A stretch of DNA of 58,788 nucleotides, from the IMG/VR virus record IMGVR_UViG_3300007094_000198, positions 1-58,788 of that record. One strand, written 5' to 3'. A program made the translations under genes and the position numbers. Below are positions 29,054 to 38,494 of the stretch, in pieces. The stretch's first letter is position 1. Every line of letters begins with the position of its first letter. The notes beneath the pieces were generated by a model that made no database searches, was not told the origin of the DNA, and was given only the letters and a program-made list of their open reading frames with translations. The DNA comes from a virus (taxonomy: Duplodnaviria > Caudoviricetes).

Positions 29054-29490
29054 TTGATACTGGTCATTGGCGTGTTACTGAGGGGGTCGTGTTTAATGAA
29101 CATGTATTCGGTTTTATTTACGAGATTGTGTGTACTGTAAGCGGTAAAAAGTATATAGGTAAAAAGCAGTGTAAAACAAAGCTGAAGCGTAAACCGTTAA
29201 AAGGAAAAACGAAAAGAAGGATAGAGGAAATAGATACTGATTGGCGAACATATTCCGGTTCTTCGACTGAGCTTAATAAGGATATAGAAAAACACGGTAA
29301 AGATAGCTTTACATTCACTATAATAAAAGCTTGTAGATCGAAATGGGAGCTTGCTTACGAAGAAATAAAAGAGCAAATAAAACGAGATGTACTCCTTCGA
29401 GATGATTATTACAACGGTATTGTTAATGTAAGAATAGGTACGCCGCCAAAAGAAATTATTGAAGAGTATAAAACAAACATAAATATATAG
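29050..29490 (+). CDS. GIY-YIG endonuclease (T4 endonuclease II/DenA-like)
   Basis: GFIY..KYIGKKQ, W.TY.GSS, E, YYN motifs; stand-alone 146 aa. Confidence 0.8.
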   Translation: MIDTGHWRVTEGVVFNEHVFGFIYEIVCTVSGKKYIGKKQCKTKLKRKPLKGKTKRRIEEIDTDWRTYSGSSTELNKDIEKHGKDSFTFTIIKACRSKWELAYEEIKEQIKRDVLLRDDYYNGIVNVRIGTPPKEIIEEYKTNINI

Positions 29491-29496
29491 AATTAT

Positions 29497-30117
29497 ATGA
29501 TTTGTGAAAAAACTACAGTTATTAAACCAGTGAGTCGTTGTATGTACTGTAATTCAACAAGCTACGGTAAGGGTTGTAGGTTTTCACCTGGAGGTGTGCA
29601 TTTTCACGGCAGTGACGCGAAGAAGTGCTCGTATTGTGGTTCGCCTAATTACGGAAAAGGGTGTAGGCTTAACCCTGTTGAAGATACACATGTGCACGGG
29701 ATACAATATAATAGCATGTTTACGGAGAGCGTACAAAATAATTTACGTAAAGAGCTACTATTAAAAGAGCTTACAAAGCCTATTACGGAGCACAAAGCTT
29801 ATGAGCTAGGTATTATAGACTGTAACGGTAATAAAATAAAAGAGCCTGTAACAGAAGAAGAAATGCAAAGCTACCTACCGTTAAACCGTACTATACTTAA
29901 AATAAAAAGACATCTAGGTAGTAAGCTTGATGTAATAGCTAGTACAGCTCTATTTGAAGATGTATTAAACATAAATTATAATAAGGAACATCACAAAAAA
30001 ATTCTTTCTTATGAAAGTAAAATAAGAAATAAGATTGACGAAATATTTGAAATAATTGATAATGCAATTAGTGACGGTATAACGTTCAGTGAGATAGATG
30101 AGCTTTTGCAAAAATAA
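29497..30117 (+). CDS. Hypothetical protein: two Cys/His repeats fused to a conserved T4-like domain
   Basis: CxxC-x4-YGKGC repeat twice, then LTKP....AYELGIID.NG.KIK. Confidence 0.6.
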   Translation: MICEKTTVIKPVSRCMYCNSTSYGKGCRFSPGGVHFHGSDAKKCSYCGSPNYGKGCRLNPVEDTHVHGIQYNSMFTESVQNNLRKELLLKELTKPITEHKAYELGIIDCNGNKIKEPVTEEEMQSYLPLNRTILKIKRHLGSKLDVIASTALFEDVLNINYNKEHHKKILSYESKIRNKIDEIFEIIDNAISDGITFSEIDELLQK

Positions 30118-30622
30118 ACATATAAAAGAATACCCGGAACACAGAGTTTGTGTAATAGACTTCTTGCCGTGTATTGAGCGTGCTGTAAAAGATACATATA
30201 ATTTTTTCTTGGAATTAAATGTACCTTCTACGTTTTTTTCTAAAAACAAAAAAGATCTATTGAAGGTGTTCTATCACTACACGTTTAGTAATTTATGTGA
30301 AACATATCAACAATGTGAATCAGCATATAGAAAAGTATTTGCTACGTATAATATTGAAGAACGTAATGTAATACCTGTTCTTTTCTTAAAAAATATTAAC
30401 ACAGTGTTAAAGGTCTGCCCCGTACACTGGTGTAAAGTAACTTCTCTAAATAGCCCAGATGTTGGTATCGCAGCTTCCGTTGCCTCTGAAAAACAAATTG
30501 AGGTTTACTCAAAGCTTTCTAAATTTACAAAAGAAAAGCAGTTAACAGCTATTTCTTCTAAAATTAAAAAAAGTAGACTATTTTCAAACATTTTAGTTGA
30601 TTTTTCTACGGTGGAGAAATAA
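30098..30622 (+). CDS. Hypothetical protein
   Basis: 174 aa ORF overlapping the upstream gene; no recognised motif. Confidence 0.55.
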   Translation: MSFCKNKHIKEYPEHRVCVIDFLPCIERAVKDTYNFFLELNVPSTFFSKNKKDLLKVFYHYTFSNLCETYQQCESAYRKVFATYNIEERNVIPVLFLKNINTVLKVCPVHWCKVTSLNSPDVGIAASVASEKQIEVYSKLSKFTKEKQLTAISSKIKKSRLFSNILVDFSTVEK

Positions 30623-30746
30623 GTGCTTTAAAGCTTTTAAAGCCCCCGCATACCATGTTTCTCTCTTTTTAGAAGTTATTTCATGAAGACTCTAAATTGC
30701 TTAATGCTTTTACGTACTTTTCGTGCTCCCAAGAATAAATAAAGTT

Positions 30747-31088
30747 ATGACTAAGTTTGATTCAATTTTAACAGATCTGTGCGAGGCTAATAATTATCCT
30801 GCTCCGGGCGCTCAGCAGCCAGCTGGTACTCAAAATCAACAACCTGCTAGACCTGTTACTGGTAACACAACTGCACCAACAACTGCACAAGCACAACAAA
30901 ACAAACCAGGTCAAACACAAGCGCAAGACCAGCAACAACCACAGCAAAATAAACCGGCAACAACCACCAGCACTAACCAGGTTAAACTCACGCCTCAGCA
31001 AACTAAACAGTTAATGGATGATTTTAACGGACCAGCTCAAGTTAAAAGCGCTGCAGATTTTCAAAAATACGGTATCAATTTAAGTTAA
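30747..31088 (+). CDS. Q/T/P-rich low-complexity protein, possible virion internal protein
   Basis: AATAAATA at 30734-30741 then ATG 30747; MTKFDSILTDLCEA N-terminus. Confidence 0.6.
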   Translation: MTKFDSILTDLCEANNYPAPGAQQPAGTQNQQPARPVTGNTTAPTTAQAQQNKPGQTQAQDQQQPQQNKPATTTSTNQVKLTPQQTKQLMDDFNGPAQVKSAADFQKYGINLS

Positions 31089-31100
31089 TACCTAGATAAC

Positions 31101-31128
31101 TTGATATATCTTGTTTTTGTGTTATAAT
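31101..31128 (+). promoter_or_regulatory. sigma70-like promoter (TTGATA-N16-TATAAT) heading the queD-queE operon
   Basis: Hexamers read directly, 8 nt before ATG 31137. Confidence 0.7.
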
Positions 31129-31136
31129 AACACGAA

Positions 31137-31463
31137 ATGAGAGCAAGCAAAAACACTAAAAAGACGGTCAAAGAGACAAAGCAAGCGTCCGTTTCTCTGA
31201 CATACTCAGAATTAAATAACGTTATAGAGGCTTTATTATTCGCTAGTTCCGTGAATGTATGCGCTGATTGGGGATACGAGCAATGCGAAAAGTTTCTTGA
31301 TTTAGCTATTAACCTTAAGGGTAAGCTACCGAAATCTCATCTCTCTCTAAAAAACGTTGTTTACTACGATGATGATAATCTTCAGGAGTCGTGGACACAA
31401 AAGCTACAGCAAAATTTTAACGTGAACACTTTTAATATTAAAACTCTTAATGAAGATGTATAA
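31137..31463 (+). CDS. Hypothetical protein
   Basis: 108 aa ORF after the promoter, overlapping queD. Confidence 0.6.
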   Translation: MRASKNTKKTVKETKQASVSLTYSELNNVIEALLFASSVNVCADWGYEQCEKFLDLAINLKGKLPKSHLSLKNVVYYDDDNLQESWTQKLQQNFNVNTFNIKTLNEDV

Positions 31464-31890
31464 GTCAACAAAAATTATAGAATTGGGTTCGTGTGCTTTT
31501 AGGCAGTGGCGAGCAGAAGATACACATTGCAAGTATGTACACGGTTATCGCTTAATGGCTAAGTTTTGGTTTGAAGGTGAGCTCGATAATCGTAACTGGG
31601 TTGTAAATTTTGGTGGGTTAAAAGATCTAAAGTCAGAGCTCCAGACCTGGTTTGATCATACATTATGCGTTGCAGCAGATGACCCTCTGCTAGATTTATT
31701 TCGACAACTTCATGATGCAGGAGGTTGTAGTCTGCGTGTGATGCCTGGAGTAGGTATTGAGTTAACCGCAGAATTTTGCTTTAAAGTAGCACAAAAGCAT
31801 ATTGATAAACTCACTGAAGGTCGTTGCAGAGTGACTAAAGTTGAAGTTTGGGAACATGAACAAAATAGCGCAATTTACACAGAAAAATAA
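31450..31890 (+). CDS. queD: QueD, 6-carboxy-5,6,7,8-tetrahydropterin synthase
   Basis: HCKYVHGY, V.FG.LK, FDH, E..AE, VEVWEHEQNSA. Confidence 0.88.
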   Translation: MKMYKSTKIIELGSCAFRQWRAEDTHCKYVHGYRLMAKFWFEGELDNRNWVVNFGGLKDLKSELQTWFDHTLCVAADDPLLDLFRQLHDAGGCSLRVMPGVGIELTAEFCFKVAQKHIDKLTEGRCRVTKVEVWEHEQNSAIYTEK

Positions 31891-31891
31891 T

Positions 31892-32650
31892 ATGATAGAC
31901 AATAATACCGAGACACTGTATCTTTCAGATGACAAGATTTTTTATACATTAGAAGGAGAAGGAGAATACGTAGGTAAACCCTCTGTTTTTATGAGACTTT
32001 CTATGTGTAATTTAACTTGCAAAGGTTTTGCATCTAAAGACTCTCCTAATGGGTGTGATTCTTACATTTCGTGGTCGGTGAAAAATAGAATGACGTTTAA
32101 TGAGGTCTTTCAAATGCTTGAAGACAAGCAATACATAGAGCATTTAAGAAACGGTGCAATCTTTAAACTTACAGGTGGCGAACCTCTTGTGAGTCAAAAG
32201 CAGTTACTCAAGTTTATTAAATCATTTGTCATAAAATATCGCTTCACACCTAGAATTGATTTCGAGACAAACGCCACCATTATGCCTGATGAAGAGTGGG
32301 TTACGGGGTATAAAGCCACATTTACAACATCCCCGAAGCTTTCAACGAACGGAGACCCTGTCGAAAAGACTTATAAACCTGACGTGTTGAGATGGCATGT
32401 TGATCATAACTCAGGTTTTAAATTTGTAATTACATCTGATAAAGATATTGAAGAAATTTGGAAGAAGTATGTTTTAGATTATGAAGGTATAAATGTGCCA
32501 CTTCAACGGGTTTGGTTTATGCCGTGCTGCGGTTCTAGAGAAGAACATATTGAACGTGCACCAGCTGTAGCTGAGTACGCAAAAGCTATGCACGTTAATT
32601 TTAGCCCGAGATTACATCTATTACTTTGGAATATGGCACTACGAGTATGA
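31892..32650 (+). CDS. queE: QueE, 7-carboxy-7-deazaguanine synthase (radical SAM)
   Basis: FYTLEGEG..G.PSVF.R, CNLTC..GCDS, TGGEP, ETN, SPKL, FKFV, SPRLH. Confidence 0.92.
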   Translation: MIDNNTETLYLSDDKIFYTLEGEGEYVGKPSVFMRLSMCNLTCKGFASKDSPNGCDSYISWSVKNRMTFNEVFQMLEDKQYIEHLRNGAIFKLTGGEPLVSQKQLLKFIKSFVIKYRFTPRIDFETNATIMPDEEWVTGYKATFTTSPKLSTNGDPVEKTYKPDVLRWHVDHNSGFKFVITSDKDIEEIWKKYVLDYEGINVPLQRVWFMPCCGSREEHIERAPAVAEYAKAMHVNFSPRLHLLLWNMALRV

Positions 32651-32928
32651 AGAAACTTGAAAAGAAATTCTCAAAAAAAGGCTTTACATACACTCAAGTA
32701 AAAAGAGTGGGTATGAAAGCAATATACAGTCAAGCTAAAGACGATATCGAATCCTCAACTTTACGTTATGAGGTTATTGTAATAAAGTCTCATGATGGAT
32801 ACGAAATTGCAGGTAATAAAATACCACCAGGGGAAGTTTACCCTAGCTCTACACAATGGGGGGTGTTAGGTTGGACGTATCTGGATTTAAAGAGCGCGGA
32901 GAATAAGTTTCTTAAGCTTAAAGAATGA
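32647..32928 (+). CDS. Hypothetical phage protein
   Basis: ATG overlaps the queE stop; YEV...E.YPSS.QWG..GWT pattern. Confidence 0.6.
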   Translation: MKKLEKKFSKKGFTYTQVKRVGMKAIYSQAKDDIESSTLRYEVIVIKSHDGYEIAGNKIPPGEVYPSSTQWGVLGWTYLDLKSAENKFLKLKE

Positions 32929-33506
32929 AAGTAAGTAAAAAGAAACCTATTAAAAAAATTCAAAAACCTAAACGAGCTTCTCTCACGGAGCTTGTTTGCG
33001 TTTTATCTGGTAAAACAGAGAAAGTAAATTTAGCAAAACTTACTAAGTTAGCTGCAAAGTTTAAGTTCGAAACTACAGAAGAATATGTAAAGTATTTTAT
33101 ATCTAAAGATTGTATAAAGTTGCTTAGACAGGGTTACACGGAAAAGCAAATTCAAAAACAATTCAATTACGAAACAGATACCCAAATACCGTTTAACGTG
33201 TTAAAGCATTATGTTAAAAAATTTAAAAACAGAGCGAAGATTGAGAAGCTCGAAAAACGTAAGGAGGTCTTAAGGTACATGGAAGATAAGCCTGGAGCGT
33301 ATATTGTAACACCGAAAGCTAGACAAACTGTAGATTTTACAAATAAAGAACAAGTTGCAGACCTTACGAGAGATGCATGTTGGAGACCTGATATATATTT
33401 GAATAATGATAGAGCTTGTAACGGGTGCTATCTATACGAACATTGTAAGTGTGCTATACGTAGATGGGATGATCCGAACGAAAAGCGTACAAGAAAGAAA
33501 AAGTAA
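32925..33506 (+). CDS. Basic hypothetical protein with a C-terminal Cys cluster
   Basis: K-rich; CWRPD...CNGCYLYEHCKC. Confidence 0.6.
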   Translation: MKVSKKKPIKKIQKPKRASLTELVCVLSGKTEKVNLAKLTKLAAKFKFETTEEYVKYFISKDCIKLLRQGYTEKQIQKQFNYETDTQIPFNVLKHYVKKFKNRAKIEKLEKRKEVLRYMEDKPGAYIVTPKARQTVDFTNKEQVADLTRDACWRPDIYLNNDRACNGCYLYEHCKCAIRRWDDPNEKRTRKKK

Positions 33507-34285
33507 TGCAGCAAGATTTTGCTAAAAAACTGAGCATATTTAATTGTATTACGTTTAAGGAAGATACTCATAAATATTTTATTCACGGTCAAGAAGCTTC
33601 GAGGTTGTCAGTTACAGGTCTAATAAGCAAATATAAGCCTAAATTTGAAGAAGATAAATGGGCTAGAATTAAAGCTAAGAGTCTGAATATATCTGTTGAA
33701 GAAATGAAGTTTTTATGGTCTGAAAAAAACCTTTATTCGACTACTCTTGGTACAGAATTACATCGTTTGATAGAGTGCGCGTATACAAACGAAACTTATA
33801 AATTCGATAGCGATAAAATTAAGCAATCTTTAGGAGAAAGTACATACAAAGGTTTTAGCGATCATCTGTGTACTATTGCAAGTCATTTTAAGAACTTCTA
33901 TACAGACACAAAAGAAACTTTACAAGTTGTAGCTAACGAGCTTACAGTGGGAGATATAGACGGTACAAAGGTATGTGGTACGCTGGATATGTTAGCGTAT
34001 AACAAGCAAGAAAACTGTTTAGATATATACGATTTTAAAACTAATAAGTCGATTACATATAATAGCACGTATAAGGAAAGATTTAACGAGCCACTCAGCA
34101 GCCTTGATGTATGCGAGTACAACACTTATAGTTTACAGCTCTCTATATATAGATATATAATTGAGAAATACACAACTTTAAAAATTAAAAATCTTTATAT
34201 AGTTTGGTTTAATAAAGAAAATAAAAATTACAAATTAATACCTTGTAATTTTTTAGAAGAACAAGTCAAATTAATTTTAAGTTAA
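33506..34285 (+). CDS. PD-(D/E)XK exonuclease
   Basis: H.Y, SVT, GTELH, E, GTLD, IYDFKTN, YSLQLSIY. Confidence 0.85.
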   Translation: MQQDFAKKLSIFNCITFKEDTHKYFIHGQEASRLSVTGLISKYKPKFEEDKWARIKAKSLNISVEEMKFLWSEKNLYSTTLGTELHRLIECAYTNETYKFDSDKIKQSLGESTYKGFSDHLCTIASHFKNFYTDTKETLQVVANELTVGDIDGTKVCGTLDMLAYNKQENCLDIYDFKTNKSITYNSTYKERFNEPLSSLDVCEYNTYSLQLSIYRYIIEKYTTLKIKNLYIVWFNKENKNYKLIPCNFLEEQVKLILS

Positions 34286-34641
34286 AGATCATATATTTTC
34301 TTTAACCCGCCATATATGAAGAGTGTGCAAACGTACAATAGCGGTATAAGGCTGTACGTTTCAGAGTAGGTACAAATACCTACTGAAGTCCAAAAATTAA
34401 GACAAAACACACAGGTTATTAGCTTTATACAGAATCTTATTATTGGGTTGTTAGATATTTTTTCTTTATTTTCATAAAGATATTGAGGGTACATTACATT
34501 AGGTGGTGTTTTTTCGTATTCTTTGAAAAAACCACCAAAACCAAACAGTTTTAAATAATCATAAAACGCGGTAGTATTGAACCATACAAACAATAACATA
34601 CTGTTTAAAGCTAATGCTATAAAAAAATCAATAACACCCAT
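34282..34641 (-). CDS. Small membrane protein (DUF1360-like)
   Basis: Hydrophobic helices with LITCVFCLNFW. Confidence 0.55.
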   Translation of the reverse strand: MGVIDFFIALALNSMLLFVWFNTTAFYDYLKLFGFGGFFKEYEKTPPNVMYPQYLYENKEKISNNPIIRFCIKLITCVFCLNFWTSVGICTYSETYSLIPLLYVCTLFIYGGLKKIYDL

Positions 34642-34664
34642 AAATATACATATACTTATTTATG
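34639..34664. promoter_or_regulatory. Back-to-back late promoters (CATAAATA on each strand)
   Basis: CATAAATA at 34639-34646 and its reverse complement at 34657-34664, each overlapping the opposite gene's start codon. Confidence 0.55.
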
Positions 34665-35078
34665 AACTTTGAAAATCTCTACGCTCGTGTTTTTGTAAAT
34701 GAAGCTGAAAACGTCGACGCACCAGCTTTAGCTCCCGATGAAATAAAAAGCAAAGTACCGATGCCTGATAATTATGATGTTGAACCGATGCCAGTACCAA
34801 GAGGCACAGCTAGTACGGTCGCTGGTTTAGAAGAGTATATTAATAAACTACAAGATTTTTTAGAAACCTTAAACGGTACTGGTAGCGATTCTTTACAGAG
34901 ATTTATCGTGAACGCTGAAGGCCAGAGTAGCTTACTTAAAGGTATAGCTGATGAGACTAAAGACGACATCGTTAAGATGGCCGGAGGCTTGGCGTCCTTA
35001 GTACAAACTTTAAAAGGTTTTGTTGCTGCGGCAGATTTGAGACGAAAAGAATTAGCAGTTAACACTAGCCAGGTTTAA
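34662..35078 (+). CDS. Hypothetical protein, possible internal head protein
   Basis: MNFENLYARVFVNEAE N-terminus; late promoter. Confidence 0.6.
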   Translation: MNFENLYARVFVNEAENVDAPALAPDEIKSKVPMPDNYDVEPMPVPRGTASTVAGLEEYINKLQDFLETLNGTGSDSLQRFIVNAEGQSSLLKGIADETKDDIVKMAGGLASLVQTLKGFVAAADLRRKELAVNTSQV

Positions 35079-35099
35079 GTTTTAGTATATATTAAGAGG

Positions 35100-36125
35100 G
35101 TGGAGATACCTCAAGACTTTGTAATACAGAACTTATATACGTATTGCAAAAGACCTTTCTATAAGAAAAACGAAGGCGTGTATAACGCTGAGTGTTGTAT
35201 ATGTAAAGAAGGTACTTCGAGCGGTTCTAAGCGTAGGTTGTTTTATTTTCCAAGCGAACGTTATTTTTATTGCTTTAACTGCGGACAATCATGGTCTGAG
35301 ATGAAGTGGCTAACAACTGTTACAGGTATGCAACCGGCTGAAGTGTTAAGAGAGACAATAGCTTATACACCAGAAATATCGGAGAGTAGCACACCAGGTT
35401 TTTTAAAAGTGGAAGACGAAGTTATAGTACCTATAACTCCACCGGTGCCATCAGACTCTGTTAACATTCTCGATAAAGAACAGTTTTTATTTTTTAAAGA
35501 TAAAAAAGAATTTAGTTTAATTAAAAAAGCGTTAATATATAGCTCGCAAAGAAGATTGTTGACTGCTGTTAATAGACCGAAGGCTCTATATGTGTCATGG
35601 AGTGACCCTGTACATGCAGATAGGTTGATTATACCCTTTTATAATGAAGATGATAAGCTATATACATATCAAAGTCGTTTATTAGAAAATAAACAGGGTG
35701 TACCTAAATATCTTACTAAATACGGAGACAAATGCTTTTACGGTGAAAATAACATAAATGAAAATATACCGTTTCTCTTTGTTACAGAGGGACCTATTGA
35801 TTCAATGTTTATTGAAAACGGTTTAGGAACTGGTGGCGCGAAGACCACTGAGCAGCAGAGAGCGTTTTTAAGTAAGCATTTTGATAAGCAAGTAGTATAT
35901 GTTTTTGATAACGATAGAAACAACACAGAAATGCAAAAAACAATACAAAAGGCTATATCTAAAGGTAATAGAGTGTTTGTTTGGCCTAAGGAGCTTAAAG
36001 AATATAAGGATATTAACGAAGTATGCTGTAAGCTTAAATTAGATAAAATTTCTACGGATTTTATAGTAAGAAATTCGTATACAGGTACAGAAGCGCAACT
36101 TAAATATAAGTTATCGTTATTATAA
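35100..36125 (+). CDS. gp61: DNA primase gp61
   Basis: Zn motif C.IC..CFNC, RLIIPFY, YQSR, KY, Toprim VTEGPIDSMF, FDND, KDINE. Confidence 0.93.
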   Translation: MEIPQDFVIQNLYTYCKRPFYKKNEGVYNAECCICKEGTSSGSKRRLFYFPSERYFYCFNCGQSWSEMKWLTTVTGMQPAEVLRETIAYTPEISESSTPGFLKVEDEVIVPITPPVPSDSVNILDKEQFLFFKDKKEFSLIKKALIYSSQRRLLTAVNRPKALYVSWSDPVHADRLIIPFYNEDDKLYTYQSRLLENKQGVPKYLTKYGDKCFYGENNINENIPFLFVTEGPIDSMFIENGLGTGGAKTTEQQRAFLSKHFDKQVVYVFDNDRNNTEMQKTIQKAISKGNRVFVWPKELKEYKDINEVCCKLKLDKISTDFIVRNSYTGTEAQLKYKLSLL

Positions 36126-36332
36126 CTGAGAAAGATAAAAGTTTATAGCTTTTATAAACTTTTCCTTGTATTTCGCGACAGGTTTACTACTTTCTTGCTC
36201 AACGTCTGAGTGTTGCTGTATTGCCTTATACTCTCTTTCAAGCTGCTTTAAAAAATTTGAAGTAAAGCAAATTTGCTTTGGGTACCGTATACGTGTGGTT
36301 ATTTTAAGAGTGGTGGGTAGCTGTTTATTCAT
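36120..36332 (-). CDS. Hypothetical protein
   Basis: 70 aa ORF immediately downstream of 36334-37767. Confidence 0.45.
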   Translation of the reverse strand: MNKQLPTTLKITTRIRYPKQICFTSNFLKQLEREYKAIQQHSDVEQESSKPVAKYKEKFIKAINFYLSQL

Positions 36333-36333
36333 A

Positions 36334-37767
36334 CTACTTAAGTACGCCAGCGAGCGCTTTTACACTCTGACCTAAATTGAACTTGTTATCTTTACCTATA
36401 TACTCTGCCAAGTTACGTAAAATATCTCTAAGCTCTTGCGCTTCTTTAGCATTAGGTTGATCAGCTAAATTGCTTATAAAGCCAACATTATAAACAAATG
36501 CACGATTGTTTATTTTTTCTTTTGAACTATCTAATGGAAGCTCAACTTCCTCAGCAGAACCTTCAGGTACTATTTGGTTTTCAGGTACTTTTATATTTGT
36601 CTTTATGACACCAGTTTTTAAGAAACTTTCATACTCCGTTATAGAGGATGGTAGTTTTTTCGTACCAGTGATAACGTATTTGATACCTGTCCAGATTCCT
36701 TGTATTGCTTTTCCTCCATATCTCTCTACATAAGTTGAGATATTTTGCCATAAGTCTGCTTCAGTTAAAATATCTTTTTTGTGCGTAAATCTCTCAAAGG
36801 AAGGGAAACTTAGTATATCATTATACATCTGTAAACTTGAAAGATCTAATTTAGCAGCTTTAGCAGTTGCTCTACGGTTTCGTGATCTAACAGCTTCAGG
36901 ATGAGTGCTGAGAGGTTTTTTACCAGGTACAGTTGCAACAGGGGTTGTAATAGCCTGTTCTTTAGCTTTACGTTCTAAAGCTAGAGCACCTATTCTAGCG
37001 ACCTCTGATTTATAAAAAGCAGCGCAAGCTAAACTCAATGCCACCAAAGCACGGTCAGATATATCACAATATTTAAAAAAATCTGCAGGTAATTTTTTTA
37101 CAGAAGCAGCAACCTGCTCCGGGTTATTTAATATCTCTCGCAAGACGGTTTCATACTTCGTCGCATTACCTAAGCGTCTCGCTATTTCTCCTTCAAACTT
37201 TTGTAAAGGGGTTATTCTTCTTTCCACAATACCCATTAGGGCATTATATATAGTGTCATTGTTATAAACACTAAGAGCAGCTGTAGATAGCGCTTCCTTG
37301 TCTTTTCTTTTATTAGCATATTCTTTTGCTAAAGCTGCGTTTTTTATAGTATACCCTTCGTAATCACCATCTTGTAATTGAGCCTTCCACTGTGTCAAAA
37401 CACTCTGTACAGCAGAATCGTCTATATTATCTTGTACGTTTTTAAGAAAATCTTCCCACGGTAGTATTTTAGCAGCTAACTCGTATTTATTTACAACTTT
37501 TACAGCGTAAAGTTCCCTTATGAGGTCTTGAACCGGGTAAAATGTAAGACTTACATTTCTTTGAGCAATTTTACCGACAGTTTTATAATAAAGGTCGCTA
37601 TTAAGAAGGTTTACAGTGCCTGGGTAACATTTACCTATAACTATCTCAGCATCTTTTACCCACTCCGGTTTTACCGCAGGTTGAGGGGCAGCACCCGGGA
37701 CAGGCGGGTCTACGAGCTCGTAAAGTACATGTTGGCTGTTTATAAGCTCATTAAAAGCTTTTGTCAT
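36334..37767 (-). CDS. Hypothetical late protein, possible internal/ejected virion protein
   Basis: TATAAATA at 37774-37781, 6 nt before ATG; helical, with a basic patch and L-x-E sites. Confidence 0.65.
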   Translation of the reverse strand: MTKAFNELINSQHVLYELVDPPVPGAAPQPAVKPEWVKDAEIVIGKCYPGTVNLLNSDLYYKTVGKIAQRNVSLTFYPVQDLIRELYAVKVVNKYELAAKILPWEDFLKNVQDNIDDSAVQSVLTQWKAQLQDGDYEGYTIKNAALAKEYANKRKDKEALSTAALSVYNNDTIYNALMGIVERRITPLQKFEGEIARRLGNATKYETVLREILNNPEQVAASVKKLPADFFKYCDISDRALVALSLACAAFYKSEVARIGALALERKAKEQAITTPVATVPGKKPLSTHPEAVRSRNRRATAKAAKLDLSSLQMYNDILSFPSFERFTHKKDILTEADLWQNISTYVERYGGKAIQGIWTGIKYVITGTKKLPSSITEYESFLKTGVIKTNIKVPENQIVPEGSAEEVELPLDSSKEKINNRAFVYNVGFISNLADQPNAKEAQELRDILRNLAEYIGKDNKFNLGQSVKALAGVLK

Positions 37768-37773
37768 ACTATA

Positions 37774-37781
37774 TATTTATA
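37774..37781 (-). promoter_or_regulatory. T4-type late promoter TATAAATA
   Basis: Exact gp55 consensus. Confidence 0.7.
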
Positions 37782-37785
37782 GTAT

Positions 37786-38424
37786 TTATTCGTAAAACGG
37801 TGTTAAAAGACTCGGGGAATCATCACTATAGAAATTACCACTCTCGTTAACGTATAGCTTAATTTGCTCACATCTAGCATTTGGATGCATATCTAGTGTT
37901 ATAACTGCAGGACAATCACTTAAAGGAAAAAACTGGCCAGTGCTCTTTTCATAAGTAGTGACGAGCGCTCGTATAATATTATCTATCTCCACTCTATATG
38001 TCTCATCTTTATCTCTATTCTTTTTCGGGGTAAGCTTTATGCTTTCATGTATAGGTAAATAAAAAATAATATCGTATAACTTCAACGTCTCAGCAGCTAT
38101 TGTCTTACTCGTACGTATAAAATCATCAGATACCTTACCGTTTGCATTTAACCATAGAGAATACGCAATATTATCTATAACACAACGATCAAAAACCACA
38201 TTGGTCTCTCCAGTTGACAGGCATCCCTGTACTTCATCAACTAAAGCGTTTAAAATTACACGTTGACTCTCCTCAGTACCCTTTTTATTAAGCTTTAACT
38301 TTTTCTCTTGTATTAAATCCCTGTAAGTTTTTTTAGGTAAATTATACATTGGCCATTTAGTTAAAAACTCCTGTATTAATGTAGATTTACCTACAGACTG
38401 AGACCCCATGAATGCAATTTTCAT
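37786..38424 (-). CDS. P-loop nucleotide kinase (AAA_28/dNMP-kinase-like), second copy
   Basis: GSQSVGKST, FDRCVIDNIAY, YDIIFY. Confidence 0.75.
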   Translation of the reverse strand: MKIAFMGSQSVGKSTLIQEFLTKWPMYNLPKKTYRDLIQEKKLKLNKKGTEESQRVILNALVDEVQGCLSTGETNVVFDRCVIDNIAYSLWLNANGKVSDDFIRTSKTIAAETLKLYDIIFYLPIHESIKLTPKKNRDKDETYRVEIDNIIRALVTTYEKSTGQFFPLSDCPAVITLDMHPNARCEQIKLYVNESGNFYSDDSPSLLTPFYE

Positions 38425-38466
38425 AAATACATTTATCTCGTATACAACCTTAAGTCAAGAAATGTC

Positions 38467-38480
38467 TCTAGCGCTCAACA
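38467..38480. repeat. 14-bp inverted repeat, copy in the hsp20 3' UTR (TCTAGCGCTCAACA)
   Basis: Exact reverse complement of 39014-39027; also sits inside a local GTCTCT/AGAGAC hairpin. Confidence 0.85.
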
Positions 38481-38494
38481 GAGACTAATTCTTA

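Noticed and set aside
30623-30746. Intergenic GCTTTAAAGCTTTTAAAGC palindrome as an origin or ncRNA
   Set aside because: Short and low-complexity, with no iterons or further support.
33506-34285. Cas4 / CRISPR system
   Set aside because: No Fe-S cysteine set, no other cas genes and no repeat-spacer array were seen; this is a common phage PD-(D/E)XK exonuclease.
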